64,000 nucleotides of DNA. Source: Candidatus Bathyarchaeota archaeon. Lineage in GTDB: Archaea > Thermoproteota > Bathyarchaeia > Bathyarchaeales > Bathycorpusculaceae. Below are positions 55,631 to 64,000 of the stretch, piece after piece (position 1 is the stretch's first letter; every line of letters starts with the position of its first letter). Under the pieces are notes generated by a model. The model was not told where the DNA came from. It saw nothing but the letters and a program-made list of their open reading frames with translations, and did no database searches. The stretch covers positions 544,001 to 608,000 of the forward strand of contig CAWHDT010000005.1 of the NCBI GenBank assembly GCA_963828195.1, written 5' to 3'. The translations under genes and the position numbers were made by a program.

Positions 55631-57913
55631 CTAAAACCGCGAAAACCCACCTACAACCGCCTGACCAAACGAAACGCCTCCGTCCCCAGCTGGAACCGCC
55701 TCATGAACCAGAAACCGCAAACCAGCATCCTCAACAGCATCACGCATGACTTTCGCAAGTACCTGGTTGCAAGCAGCACCGCCTGAAAAACCGATGGCTT
55801 TGACGCCAAGAACCAACGCCTTCTCAGCCGCCAAAGAAGCGAGGCTTTTCGCCAAGTAAGCATGGGCGGAAAACGCTAAATTGGCAAGGGGCATTTTTTG
55901 TTTGTTTTCAAAGATTTCCCTAAGCATGCACGCCGTGTCAACGGTGTCTCCGTGGATGATTGGCTTGAGGTTCAAAGCATCTTTGCCCGCCAATGCTGCT
56001 GACTCCAGCTTCATGGCGGGTTCACCCTCGTAGCTGCGTTCGTAACAGACGCCTAAAACTGCTGAGACAGCATCTAACACTCTGCCGCAACTCGTCGTAT
56101 CAACCACACCCAAACCCTTCGCAAGTTGGTTTAGAATCAGGTTGGCTTCGGTTTCGCCGAAAGACAAATGCATGCTGTTCTGCTTCAGCCACGGCTCAAC
56201 CTTAACTCCTGCTTTAGCGAGCATACCAACGGCTACACGCAGGGGGTAACGGCTAGCGACGTCTCCGCCAAGCAACGGCTGAGGCTCCAGATGCCCAAGC
56301 CGCTTAAACTTCGCCGATTCACGAGTGCAAAACAGGATTTCGCCTCCCCAAGCTCCCCCATCGGTCCCGTAGCCGTATCCGTCGCAAACAACTGTGACAG
56401 CCTCCTCCAAATTGTGTTCAGCCATTAAACCAGCGGCGTGCGCGTGGTGATGCTGCACCTGAATAAGAGGGGAGCCATCCGCTTCCGCCATCTCTTGCGC
56501 CAAAGCTGTTGTGGTGAATTTCGGGTGCAAATCGCAAACCACGATTTCAGAGCGGCAGTTAGTTAATTGATGGAGATGATTTGCTGCTTCTTCTAGAAAG
56601 GCACGTGTTTCCACGTTTTCGACGTCGCCAACGTGCTGACTGATAAACGCTTTGTCGTCAAGCAATACGCAGGCTGTGTTGTTCAGTTCGCCGCCTAACC
56701 CAACGACGCATCGTTTTGACTTCGCTTTAAGCCTGATTGGGGCAGGCGCGTAGCCTCTGCTTCTCCTAAGAAAAACCTGCCTTCGCCCATGAACCCGCAT
56801 GACTGAGTCGTCGCATCGATGGGCGATTTTGCGGTTGTGAAACAGAAAATAATCTACGGTTTCGCCTAAAATTTTGAGGGCTTCGCCGTTGTCTTTTACG
56901 ATGGGCTGATTCGGCGGGTTGGCGCTGGTCATCACAAACGCGCAGTCGTCTACTCGGTCGAAAAGCATGTAGTGCAACCCTGTGTAGGGCAGCATTACCC
57001 CGACGTTATGCAGGTTCGGCGCAACCAGCGGAGAAAGATTGTAATTGGCTTTTTTGTTCAGCAGAACTATCGGGCGTGCAGGGGAAGAAAGAAGGTTTTG
57101 CTCCTTCGAACTTACTTCGGCGAAGCTTTTGGCGGCTTCAAGGTTTCTTGCCATGACTGCGAAGGGTTTTTCGCGTCGATGCTTCGTTGCTCGAAGAGCC
57201 AAAAGAGGCTTCTCTTGCATGGTTGAGGCTGCAATGTGGAAGCCCCCATAGCCCTTTATCGCCAGCACGTTGCCTTCCGAGAGCAGTTTTCCAGCTTCAC
57301 GCACCGGGTCTTCTGCGTTGACTGGTTCGCCTGTTTTGGTTGTTAAATATGCTTTTGGACCGCAGCTTGGGCAAGCTACGGTTTGAGCGTGAAAGCGCCT
57401 GTTCGCTGGGTCATTATATTCTTTTAGGCAGAAGCCGCAGAGGGGGAACTCGCGCATGGTGGTGTTTTCGCGGTCGTACGGCAGCCGCTCGATGATTGTG
57501 AAGCGTGGTCCGCAGTTGGTGCAGGTGATGAAGAAGTATTCGTAACGTGTGTCTTTGGGGTCACGCAGCTCGCCGAGGCATTCGTTGCAGATGGCGATGT
57601 CTGGCGGGATGATTGAGCCTGAAAGCTCGGCTTCTTGGGAGCTTTTGTAAATCGTAAATTTGTCATACTCATTTTTGCCTGAAAGCTCATTTGATTTAAC
57701 CGCGTCGATTTGAGCTAAAGGAGGCTTCTTCTCAGTTAAGTCACCCTTAAAATTCTTGATGCGCTGCGCGTCGCCTTCCAAAAGGATTTCTACGCCAGCG
57801 TCGCCTCTGTTGCGAACGTACCCCGCCAAGCCATTTTGCACCGCTAAACGGTAGACGAATGGGCGGAAACCTACGCCTTGAACGATGCCTGTGACGTTGA
57901 GTTTTACCCGCAA
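55631..57913 (-). CDS. hypF: Carbamoyltransferase HypF
   Basis: GIVQGVGFRPF, CTNCGPR, RRFHAQ, RRSRGYAP, QHHHAH, DGGVSFGQ. Confidence 0.98.
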   Translation of the reverse strand: MRVKLNVTGIVQGVGFRPFVYRLAVQNGLAGYVRNRGDAGVEILLEGDAQRIKNFKGDLTEKKPPLAQIDAVKSNELSGKNEYDKFTIYKSSQEAELSGSIIPPDIAICNECLGELRDPKDTRYEYFFITCTNCGPRFTIIERLPYDRENTTMREFPLCGFCLKEYNDPANRRFHAQTVACPSCGPKAYLTTKTGEPVNAEDPVREAGKLLSEGNVLAIKGYGGFHIAASTMQEKPLLALRATKHRREKPFAVMARNLEAAKSFAEVSSKEQNLLSSPARPIVLLNKKANYNLSPLVAPNLHNVGVMLPYTGLHYMLFDRVDDCAFVMTSANPPNQPIVKDNGEALKILGETVDYFLFHNRKIAHRCDDSVMRVHGRRQVFLRRSRGYAPAPIRLKAKSKRCVVGLGGELNNTACVLLDDKAFISQHVGDVENVETRAFLEEAANHLHQLTNCRSEIVVCDLHPKFTTTALAQEMAEADGSPLIQVQHHHAHAAGLMAEHNLEEAVTVVCDGYGYGTDGGAWGGEILFCTRESAKFKRLGHLEPQPLLGGDVASRYPLRVAVGMLAKAGVKVEPWLKQNSMHLSFGETEANLILNQLAKGLGVVDTTSCGRVLDAVSAVLGVCYERSYEGEPAMKLESAALAGKDALNLKPIIHGDTVDTACMLREIFENKQKMPLANLAFSAHAYLAKSLASLAAEKALVLGVKAIGFSGGAACNQVLAKVMRDAVEDAGLRFLVHEAVPAGDGGVSFGQAVVGGFSRF

Positions 57914-58479
57914 AGGTGAGCCTTCGCTATTTGAGAAACAGAGTTTTCTCTTATACGTTTCGAAATACAGATGCGATTTGTTTCAAACTTACGCGGCTGC
58001 TGTCTTTGGGGGTTGTTTTTGGCACTAATTTTTCAATTTTAAAAGAACAACAACACCCGAAAAACAAATGTTGTTCTTCTCGGCAAAACATTTCAAAAGA
58101 AGAAGAAGCTGATGAAAACAATTTTTCTTCTTCTTCCGCCTGCCATATTTGTGGCGTTTTTTTGGCACAAATAGTAGGTAGGTCTATAGGCAGGCGGCTT
58201 GGGCAAGGTCACTCATCATCTTGAACAACCTTTTTTCCGCGCATTCCTACAATCTGCCTCATAATTCAGTAAACCATGAGCAAACGGCAAATAATGATGC
58301 GAATCATAAATTGGTCGTTCTTCCATCTTCATATCCAAGCACTCACCAACAGTTATTCTATCGCTCGTGCTAGGAGTTTACTTTCCGATAAGAAGGCTTT
58401 TGTAAAGGTTTATTGACACAAAAAAAATGTACTAAACAAAAGCAAGCGTAGACCTACTTTATTGTCTGCGTCATTACGA

Positions 58480-58869
58480 TTAAAATTGAATCAGCTCAAT
58501 TCCTTTGATGGACTTAAAGTGCTGATCCCGAGAGAGGATAGCTTCGCCCTTTGTTTTAGCAATCGCAGCTATTAGAACGTCAAACTCGCTGATCATTTTT
58601 CCCGATTTTCTTAATTCGCAAAATATCGATGAGGCCTCTTCGCATGCTTCTATAGAGAAATCAAGAACCTGCATATTGAAAATTGCTTTTTTAACATCTT
58701 CCAGATTTTCTTGCGGTTTCGACGAGAGCCGCGCGCCTTTTAGCAATTCGTATGCTGTGATTACAGTGATTAAAACGTGGTCATTATTTGACACTTCAAT
58801 TACCTTGCTCACAGCCTCAGGCGTTCCCTTCAGAAATGGGATCATCACGTTTGTATCGATTATTGTCAA
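58480..58869 (-). CDS. vapC: VapC/PIN-domain toxin
   Basis: IIDTNV, TAYELLKG, FDVLIAAIA, SRDQHF. Confidence 0.92.
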   Translation of the reverse strand: MTIIDTNVMIPFLKGTPEAVSKVIEVSNNDHVLITVITAYELLKGARLSSKPQENLEDVKKAIFNMQVLDFSIEACEEASSIFCELRKSGKMISEFDVLIAAIAKTKGEAILSRDQHFKSIKGIELIQF

Positions 58870-58870
58870 G

Positions 58871-59119
58871 CTAAAAATCGAACTCTCTTGGCTTTACGTT
58901 TTCTCTATCTTTCATTAATTGGGCTAGAACTTCATCGGCATCATCACCATGCCAAGTTCCAGCAAATTCAAGTATCGACTTTTTCTTTTCTTTAGCCGCA
59001 ACACGAATAACGACATCTGAAAATGATTCGCCGGGCTTCTTCATTCCCTTCAGTGTTTCATAAGCTTTTTCTGAGAGAGAAATAACTTTGGTCATACACA
59101 ACTCTATGTGCATATGCAT
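58871..59119 (-). CDS. vapB: VapB-type antitoxin (likely start MTKVISLS)
   Basis: TKVISLSEKAYETLKGMKKPGESFSDV...FAGTW. Confidence 0.88.
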   Translation of the reverse strand: MHMHIELCMTKVISLSEKAYETLKGMKKPGESFSDVVIRVAAKEKKKSILEFAGTWHGDDADEVLAQLMKDRENVKPREFDF

Positions 59120-59381
59120 ATATATGCATTTTGCGAAGGTAAAGCAGCCCGTGAAATAAGGTCAAGTTTTGAGCATCGGCGGGATTTGGACCCTCAACCA
59201 CCCTAAGTTTGAATCGATGCTTTCCAAAGAAGAGAGTTAGCTTTCGTTTAATCGGTAGGATGCTTGAAAGCTTAATGGGTTGAACGCAAAAGTAAATGCT
59301 TTGTTTCAAATTTTGTCTCTATAGTCTATTTGGCAAGATGTTATAACTAAAACAGGCTTATTCAAAGTAAGGCACAGTTTA

Positions 59382-59939
59382 ATGGAAGACCAGAAACTTA
59401 AAATAAATAACAAAAAGAGTCATTTTGTAAGATATCTGATTATCTCTATAATAGCGTGGATACCAATTGGATTACTCATTCAAATAATGCAGCAATACGA
59501 TCTTGTCATTAATGTCGCTTCCCAATTATATCTGCTATGGATCGCTGCGGGATTTATTTTATTTTCTTCACTTTTCCTTTTGATAGCCAAAAGAATTAAA
59601 CAGCCAAATGTTGGCACGACGTTAATTCTTATGGCAGCCTCTCTTTTATCGTTACCAACGATGTTTTTTATCGGTGTAATGGAACTATTCGGTACTGCCT
59701 ATCTCCTTTACTCTGGCCCGTTTAGTTATAGTCCCATTAGCATAGGACATGCTGATTGGTTAAATGGCGTCGGTCCTCCACAAAATTATATCCTTGTTCA
59801 AATTCCTCAATACGCAGGAAACAATATCTATGAAGTCCCGCAAGCAATCCCTATTCCGTATTTCATAATAATTACGGTACTGACCGCCATTTTCATTATA
59901 TGTATAGCAGTCCTTGCAATAAAGCTGAGAAAAAGTTGA
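59382..59939 (+). CDS. Hypothetical membrane protein
   Basis: 185 aa, four hydrophobic segments, AT-rich. Confidence 0.6.
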   Translation: MEDQKLKINNKKSHFVRYLIISIIAWIPIGLLIQIMQQYDLVINVASQLYLLWIAAGFILFSSLFLLIAKRIKQPNVGTTLILMAASLLSLPTMFFIGVMELFGTAYLLYSGPFSYSPISIGHADWLNGVGPPQNYILVQIPQYAGNNIYEVPQAIPIPYFIIITVLTAIFIICIAVLAIKLRKS

Positions 59940-60083
59940 TTAGCAATCAAGTCTACTTTTAACTCAACATTATGCGCCCAATTTATCTTAATGATCAGTA
60001 AAAAGCTCTTCTGCTCTCTTTAGGTTCCACTCAAGATTCAGGAAGCTGCAAATACCCAATTTTTTCATTTTGCCAATTTTTCA

Positions 60084-61700
60084 TTAAAGAAGGCGCTTCA
60101 ACACTTTGCCCGCTGAACTAATAGGCAGCTCATTTCTGAATTCTATTTCGCGGATTGCCTTGTAAGACGCCACTTTATTGTTGACAAAAGCCATGATTTC
60201 CTCTGCTGAAGCGGTCATCCCATCTTTGAGCACCACGAAAGCCTTGGGAATTTCGCCTGCCGATAGGTCTGGTTTACCGACGACAGCGCACAGCTTCACA
60301 GCTGGGTGCTCGTAGAGGATGTCTTCGAGTTCGCGTGGGTAGACGCTGTAGCCTTTGTATTTTATGAGGTCTTTTTTGCGGTCAGTGATGTAAAAGTAGC
60401 CGTCTTCATCCATGTGTGCGATGTCGCCTGTGAGAAGCCAGCCGCCCCGCAGAACCCTCGCGGTTTCGTCAGGGTGACCCCAGTAGCCCTTCATGACTTG
60501 TGGTCCTTTAACTGCCAGCTCTCCCGTCTCGCCCCGCCTAAGCGTTTTTTCGCCCGTTTCCAAATCAACTATTCGTGCTTCAGTGTCTGGTAGGGGTAAC
60601 CCGATTGAGCCAACCTTCACGGCTCGCATCGTGCTGTCAACGGGGTTGCAGTGGGTAACAGGCGACGCCTCGGTTAACCCGTAACCTTCGGCTAAAAATC
60701 CGCCTGTGACTTCCATGAATTGTTTTTGGATTTGCGGAGGCAAAGGGGAAGCGCCAGAAATGCATACGCGAATCGATGTTAAGTCGTATTTTCCCAGGTC
60801 TGGGTTAGCTAAGAGCGTCGAGTACATGGTTGGAACACCGCAGAAAACCGTGACCCTGTGCATCTGGATAGTTTCCAATGTTTTGGCTACCTCGAACCTT
60901 GGCATCAGAACCATTTTTGCGGCTAAACTGATGGGTACAGTCATGCTGGTTGTCAAGCCGTAAATGTGAGACAGCGGCAGCGCGGTCAGGAAGGTTTCTT
61001 GGGCTGTTGTGCCTCGTATCCACGCGGCGAAAGCGAGCGCGTTTGAAAACAGGTTGGTGTGGGTTAGCATGGCGCCTTTGGCTGTTCCTGTGGTACCGCC
61101 CGTGTACTGCAACGCCGCCAAGTCCCCGTCTGGGTCCAACTGCACGTTTGGAAGGTTAGATGGGGCTTTTTCCAGTAAAACTTGAAAAGCTAAACACTTT
61201 GGAACGTCTAGGGGACAGGTTTTTTTGTAGCAATACTCATCTAACCCCGTTACTATGACGTTTTTGAGTTTAGTTTTTTCCTTAACTTTTGATATAACTG
61301 GATACAGCAAATCCAGCGACACTATGGTTTGGGCACCAGAATCGTTGAGCTGGTACTCCACTTCGCGCTCCCGATTCAGAGGGTTTATGGGCGTTGCAGC
61401 CGCGCCTGCCTTAAGAATCCCGAAAAAGGCGATTATAAACTGGGGAAGGTTGGGCAAAAAAATTGCAACGCAGTCCCCTTTTTTCACGCCTAACTTATCA
61501 AGAGAAGCGGCAAACCTGTTTGAAAGCAATTCCAACTGGGCATAGGTGATTTCGCGTCCGCCATAGGCTATCGCGGTTTTTTTTGGAAATTCGTTGGCGC
61601 TTTTGCGAAGAATATCTTGGAGAGGAGCCTGCGGGAGCTCTAAGTGTTTGGGCACGTTGATGGGCCAAGAGTTAAACCAAGGCGCATTTTTTTGGGGCAA
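60084..61700 (-). CDS. Long-chain fatty acid--CoA ligase (FadD-like)
   Basis: QYTGGTTGTAKG, EGYGLTE, TGD, DRKKDLIK, AGKVLKR. Confidence 0.93.
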   Translation of the reverse strand: MPQKNAPWFNSWPINVPKHLELPQAPLQDILRKSANEFPKKTAIAYGGREITYAQLELLSNRFAASLDKLGVKKGDCVAIFLPNLPQFIIAFFGILKAGAAATPINPLNREREVEYQLNDSGAQTIVSLDLLYPVISKVKEKTKLKNVIVTGLDEYCYKKTCPLDVPKCLAFQVLLEKAPSNLPNVQLDPDGDLAALQYTGGTTGTAKGAMLTHTNLFSNALAFAAWIRGTTAQETFLTALPLSHIYGLTTSMTVPISLAAKMVLMPRFEVAKTLETIQMHRVTVFCGVPTMYSTLLANPDLGKYDLTSIRVCISGASPLPPQIQKQFMEVTGGFLAEGYGLTEASPVTHCNPVDSTMRAVKVGSIGLPLPDTEARIVDLETGEKTLRRGETGELAVKGPQVMKGYWGHPDETARVLRGGWLLTGDIAHMDEDGYFYITDRKKDLIKYKGYSVYPRELEDILYEHPAVKLCAVVGKPDLSAGEIPKAFVVLKDGMTASAEEIMAFVNNKVASYKAIREIEFRNELPISSAGKVLKRLL

Positions 61701-61881
61701 GGCACGTCATGTTACCATGTGGAGGAGCACGTAAAAACCTTATCGTATTGGTCAAGGCAGTTGATGGGGCTTCGTATCTTCTGCGAGCTTTGCCTTGGCG
61801 CGGTTAACTCTCGCTCTCGCATTAGCCGCTTGACAACTGAAACGCTTTCCCGCCTCTGGTGTATATTCGGAGACAGACGCG

Positions 61882-62313
61882 TTAGGGCAAGTTAATTTCT
61901 TGGTAATAGCTTGCTTGTTGTGTGTAAACTGTTATTGCCACAGTTTCATTTGGTGTGTAGTTAGCAATTGGAGTTATTAAGTTGACTTGGAGAGTGTCAG
62001 CGCTTTTAAAACCGTAGCTCATTTGATTTGGATCAATAATTTCTGTGCCATTGATGAAGGTCACAACGCTCGTTCCATGCATTTGGATTTTATCCAGTTT
62101 TTGTAAACTGGACCCCTGGTTAACTATTAATAAAGAGACATTGAAGTAACCGCTATTTTGTGAGATCCCTTGAACTTGAAGATTCAGGCTTTCTTGTATT
62201 ACAGGCCCTGGCGCAGGGGTTGCACCTGAAATAGCCATAGATATTAAAATCAATACGGCAAATACTATAAAAAATGAAATAACAACGACATTTGCCTTTG
62301 ACTTATTGTCCAC
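61882..62313 (-). CDS. Hypothetical exported protein (archaellin/pilin-like layout)
   Basis: Basic N-terminus, one TM helix, beta-rich body. Confidence 0.55.
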   Translation of the reverse strand: MDNKSKANVVVISFFIVFAVLILISMAISGATPAPGPVIQESLNLQVQGISQNSGYFNVSLLIVNQGSSLQKLDKIQMHGTSVVTFINGTEIIDPNQMSYGFKSADTLQVNLITPIANYTPNETVAITVYTQQASYYQEINLP

Positions 62314-62443
62314 ACTTCTCGCCTTTAACAGTCAGAGAGGTAAAGCCACGATTTTATGGCTCAGGTGTATTTTCGCCGACAGACATATTTTAAGATTAAA
62401 CAGTTAACAAGGACTTAACCAAAACTCGCTTGGAGAGTAGGGA

Positions 62444-62909
62444 TTAATCTTTCTTTTTTGAATGTTTCTTAAGAGAATGCCGCTCCATCACTGACCCCAC
62501 ATTAGCTCCGACATGCCCCTCGAAAGCCAAATTGCTATTTTTCCACCTGAAAGCTTTTACCTGTTTTTTGCCTGTTGCTATCTCTTTTTTAATTTGAGTT
62601 CTTTTCTTATTAGTACTCATATTAAGCCTCTCGAGTAGCGGGCGCTTTAAGTCCTTTGTTGAACTGCCCAATCCAACAAGAGCAGTCTACACTAATCAAT
62701 TCTGTCGGACTCATCGCGTAGGTTTTCTGTGTCAAGTCCAAGGATAAATCCTTCGGTCTCTTTTATGGGGGGCGCACGGGGGGGATGTACTGGATGATTC
62801 AATGTTTAGCCATTGCGACCATTTTGTCTCCAGGTTTAATTCCCAAAGTTTTTCGTGTTTTTTCTGGAATAATAACTTGAAATTTTTTTGAAACCGTTAC
62901 AGTTTCCAT
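62444..62909 (-). pseudogene. Decayed AbrB-antitoxin / VapC toxin pair
   Basis: METVTVSKKFQVIIPEKTRKTLGIKPGDK with an internal TGA and frameshift, followed by LISVDCSCWI (PIN-like start). Confidence 0.6.
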
Positions 62910-62957
62910 TGTTCATCCATTAGCCAATGCTTTTCAATCGATATAACTGTGTTGCGT

Positions 62958-63320
62958 TTAACGTTTAGAATAATCTGTTAAGCCCAACCGGTTGCCGAAT
63001 GGATCTTCAAACTCAACCGCCAACCCAGTGTGAATCGCGAAGGGTTCAGACAGAAACTTTAGTCCTTTAGCGCTGAGCCGCTTATACTCTTCCTGAACGT
63101 TAGCCACGACAAACCAGATGGTGGGTTTTGTCTCTGGGAACTTGCCTATATCTTTCAGGATGATTGCAGGTTCGTTGTCGCCGACTTTGAAAGCTATCAT
63201 ACCCATGTTTGAGAAGTCAAATTTAACGGGCAGCCCCAGAAGGTTCTGGTAGAATTCTCTGCCCTTCTTCAGGTCGCTGCTCGGCAAAAAGAAATTATCG
63301 TAGTTTATCAAGGATTTCAC
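62958..63320 (-). CDS. VOC/glyoxalase-family protein
   Basis: FYQNLLGL, WFVVANV, FEDPFGNRL. Confidence 0.9.
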   Translation of the reverse strand: MKSLINYDNFFLPSSDLKKGREFYQNLLGLPVKFDFSNMGMIAFKVGDNEPAIILKDIGKFPETKPTIWFVVANVQEEYKRLSAKGLKFLSEPFAIHTGLAVEFEDPFGNRLGLTDYSKR

Positions 63321-63376
63321 TTCGAGATTGTTCTGTAGAAAGCGCTTATTAATTTTTCACAACCCCGGCGAAAAAC

Positions 63377-64000
63377 TTAAGATGTTTTAGGGGCAGACGA
63401 ATTGGCTTCCTGTTTTTTGTAAAACAAAAGCGCTGGAAGGAACGCAACAATCGTGAAAGCTGAGTTGAATATGTACCCGCTCATTTTGACTGCAGCGCTA
63501 TTGCCCGAAACTAGCGGTAATGCAACTGGTGAGGAGGGGAACCAGCTGGGCGCAAAAAACTGGGGGTACCCAGCATAAATCCAGAGCAGATATATTCCGC
63601 CGCCAATCAGCGCCGTTAAAACGAGGTATCTGTTGAGCCTCATGTACTTGTAGGCTGCAAACGGCAGGCTTATCATAATGAGGTTCCAGTACAGCGGGTA
63701 CGTCGCTGCTGAAGTGTTAAAGTTAAAGTTCAAAGTGAAGAGAGTGCTGGCAACCGCGCTTGGCATTCGTGCTTGGGCAAAGCCGAAATGGTAGAGGCCC
63801 TGTTGCAACCAAATTCCAGCGACAACACACGCTACAGCCACAAAAAATCTTTCATATCCCACGCCTTGTCGCCTGAGAAAAAACTCTGCAAGAACAAACA
63901 CGAGCACATAAATAATGACCGAGCTTGTAAGAACCGCCGCTGAAGAAGTGCTGTCGCCTGAAAAAACAAACGAGTGCCCCCTCCAAATCAACACGACAGC
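63377..64000 (-). CDS. Hypothetical multi-pass membrane protein (5' end probably outside the window)
   Basis: ORF 63377-63994 with several TM helices. Confidence 0.6.
   Translation of the reverse strand, partial: AVVLIWRGHSFVFSGDSTSSAAVLTSSVIIYVLVFVLAEFFLRRQGVGYERFFVAVACVVAGIWLQQGLYHFGFAQARMPSAVASTLFTLNFNFNTSAATYPLYWNLIMISLPFAAYKYMRLNRYLVLTALIGGGIYLLWIYAGYPQFFAPSWFPSSPVALPLVSGNSAAVKMSGYIFNSAFTIVAFLPALLFYKKQEANSSAPKTS

Noticed and set aside
59171-59195. tRNA 3'-half-like sequence (minus strand GAGGGTCCAAATCCCGCCG) next to vapBC
   Set aside because: The T-loop is degenerate and no D-arm, anticodon arm or acceptor pairing is found; at most an eroded att relic, not a tRNA gene.

Overview
Archaeal chromosomal window, most likely Bathyarchaeia (inferred from the archaeal S10/spc ribosomal operon, hypCDEF, TrmB-like and PEF-CTERM-like proteins). 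The normally contiguous L22...L15-secY-(adk)-DUF106-cmk block is broken by accessory DNA. (i) A 6.05-kb IS6-family cargo transposon (1557-7607) has long imperfect terminal inverted repeats and a perfect 8-bp target-site duplication. (ii) A ~24-kb head-tail (siphovirus-like, HK97-fold) provirus lies between secY and DUF106; it keeps a nearly complete morphogenesis module but has no visible integrase or replication genes and only a dead stub of the large terminase. (iii) A small decayed island sits between L30 and Hsp20/L15. The strongest finding is a 27-nt canonical bulge-helix-bulge (BHB) intron carrying an in-frame UGA inside the proviral major capsid gene (27514-27540). Cutting at the canonical tRNA-splicing-endonuclease positions restores a 301-aa capsid protein, so capsid production may depend on host EndA-type mRNA splicing. 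Other signals: a G/GT-type -1 frameshift in the tail chaperone, a nested scaffold start, an ABC-ATPase/GNAT fusion, cargo cassettes flanked by duplicated ends of neighbouring genes, a displaced terminase C-terminal remnant, and a second copy of the terminase-upstream motif 26 kb away. All family assignments come from motif recognition; no database search was run.
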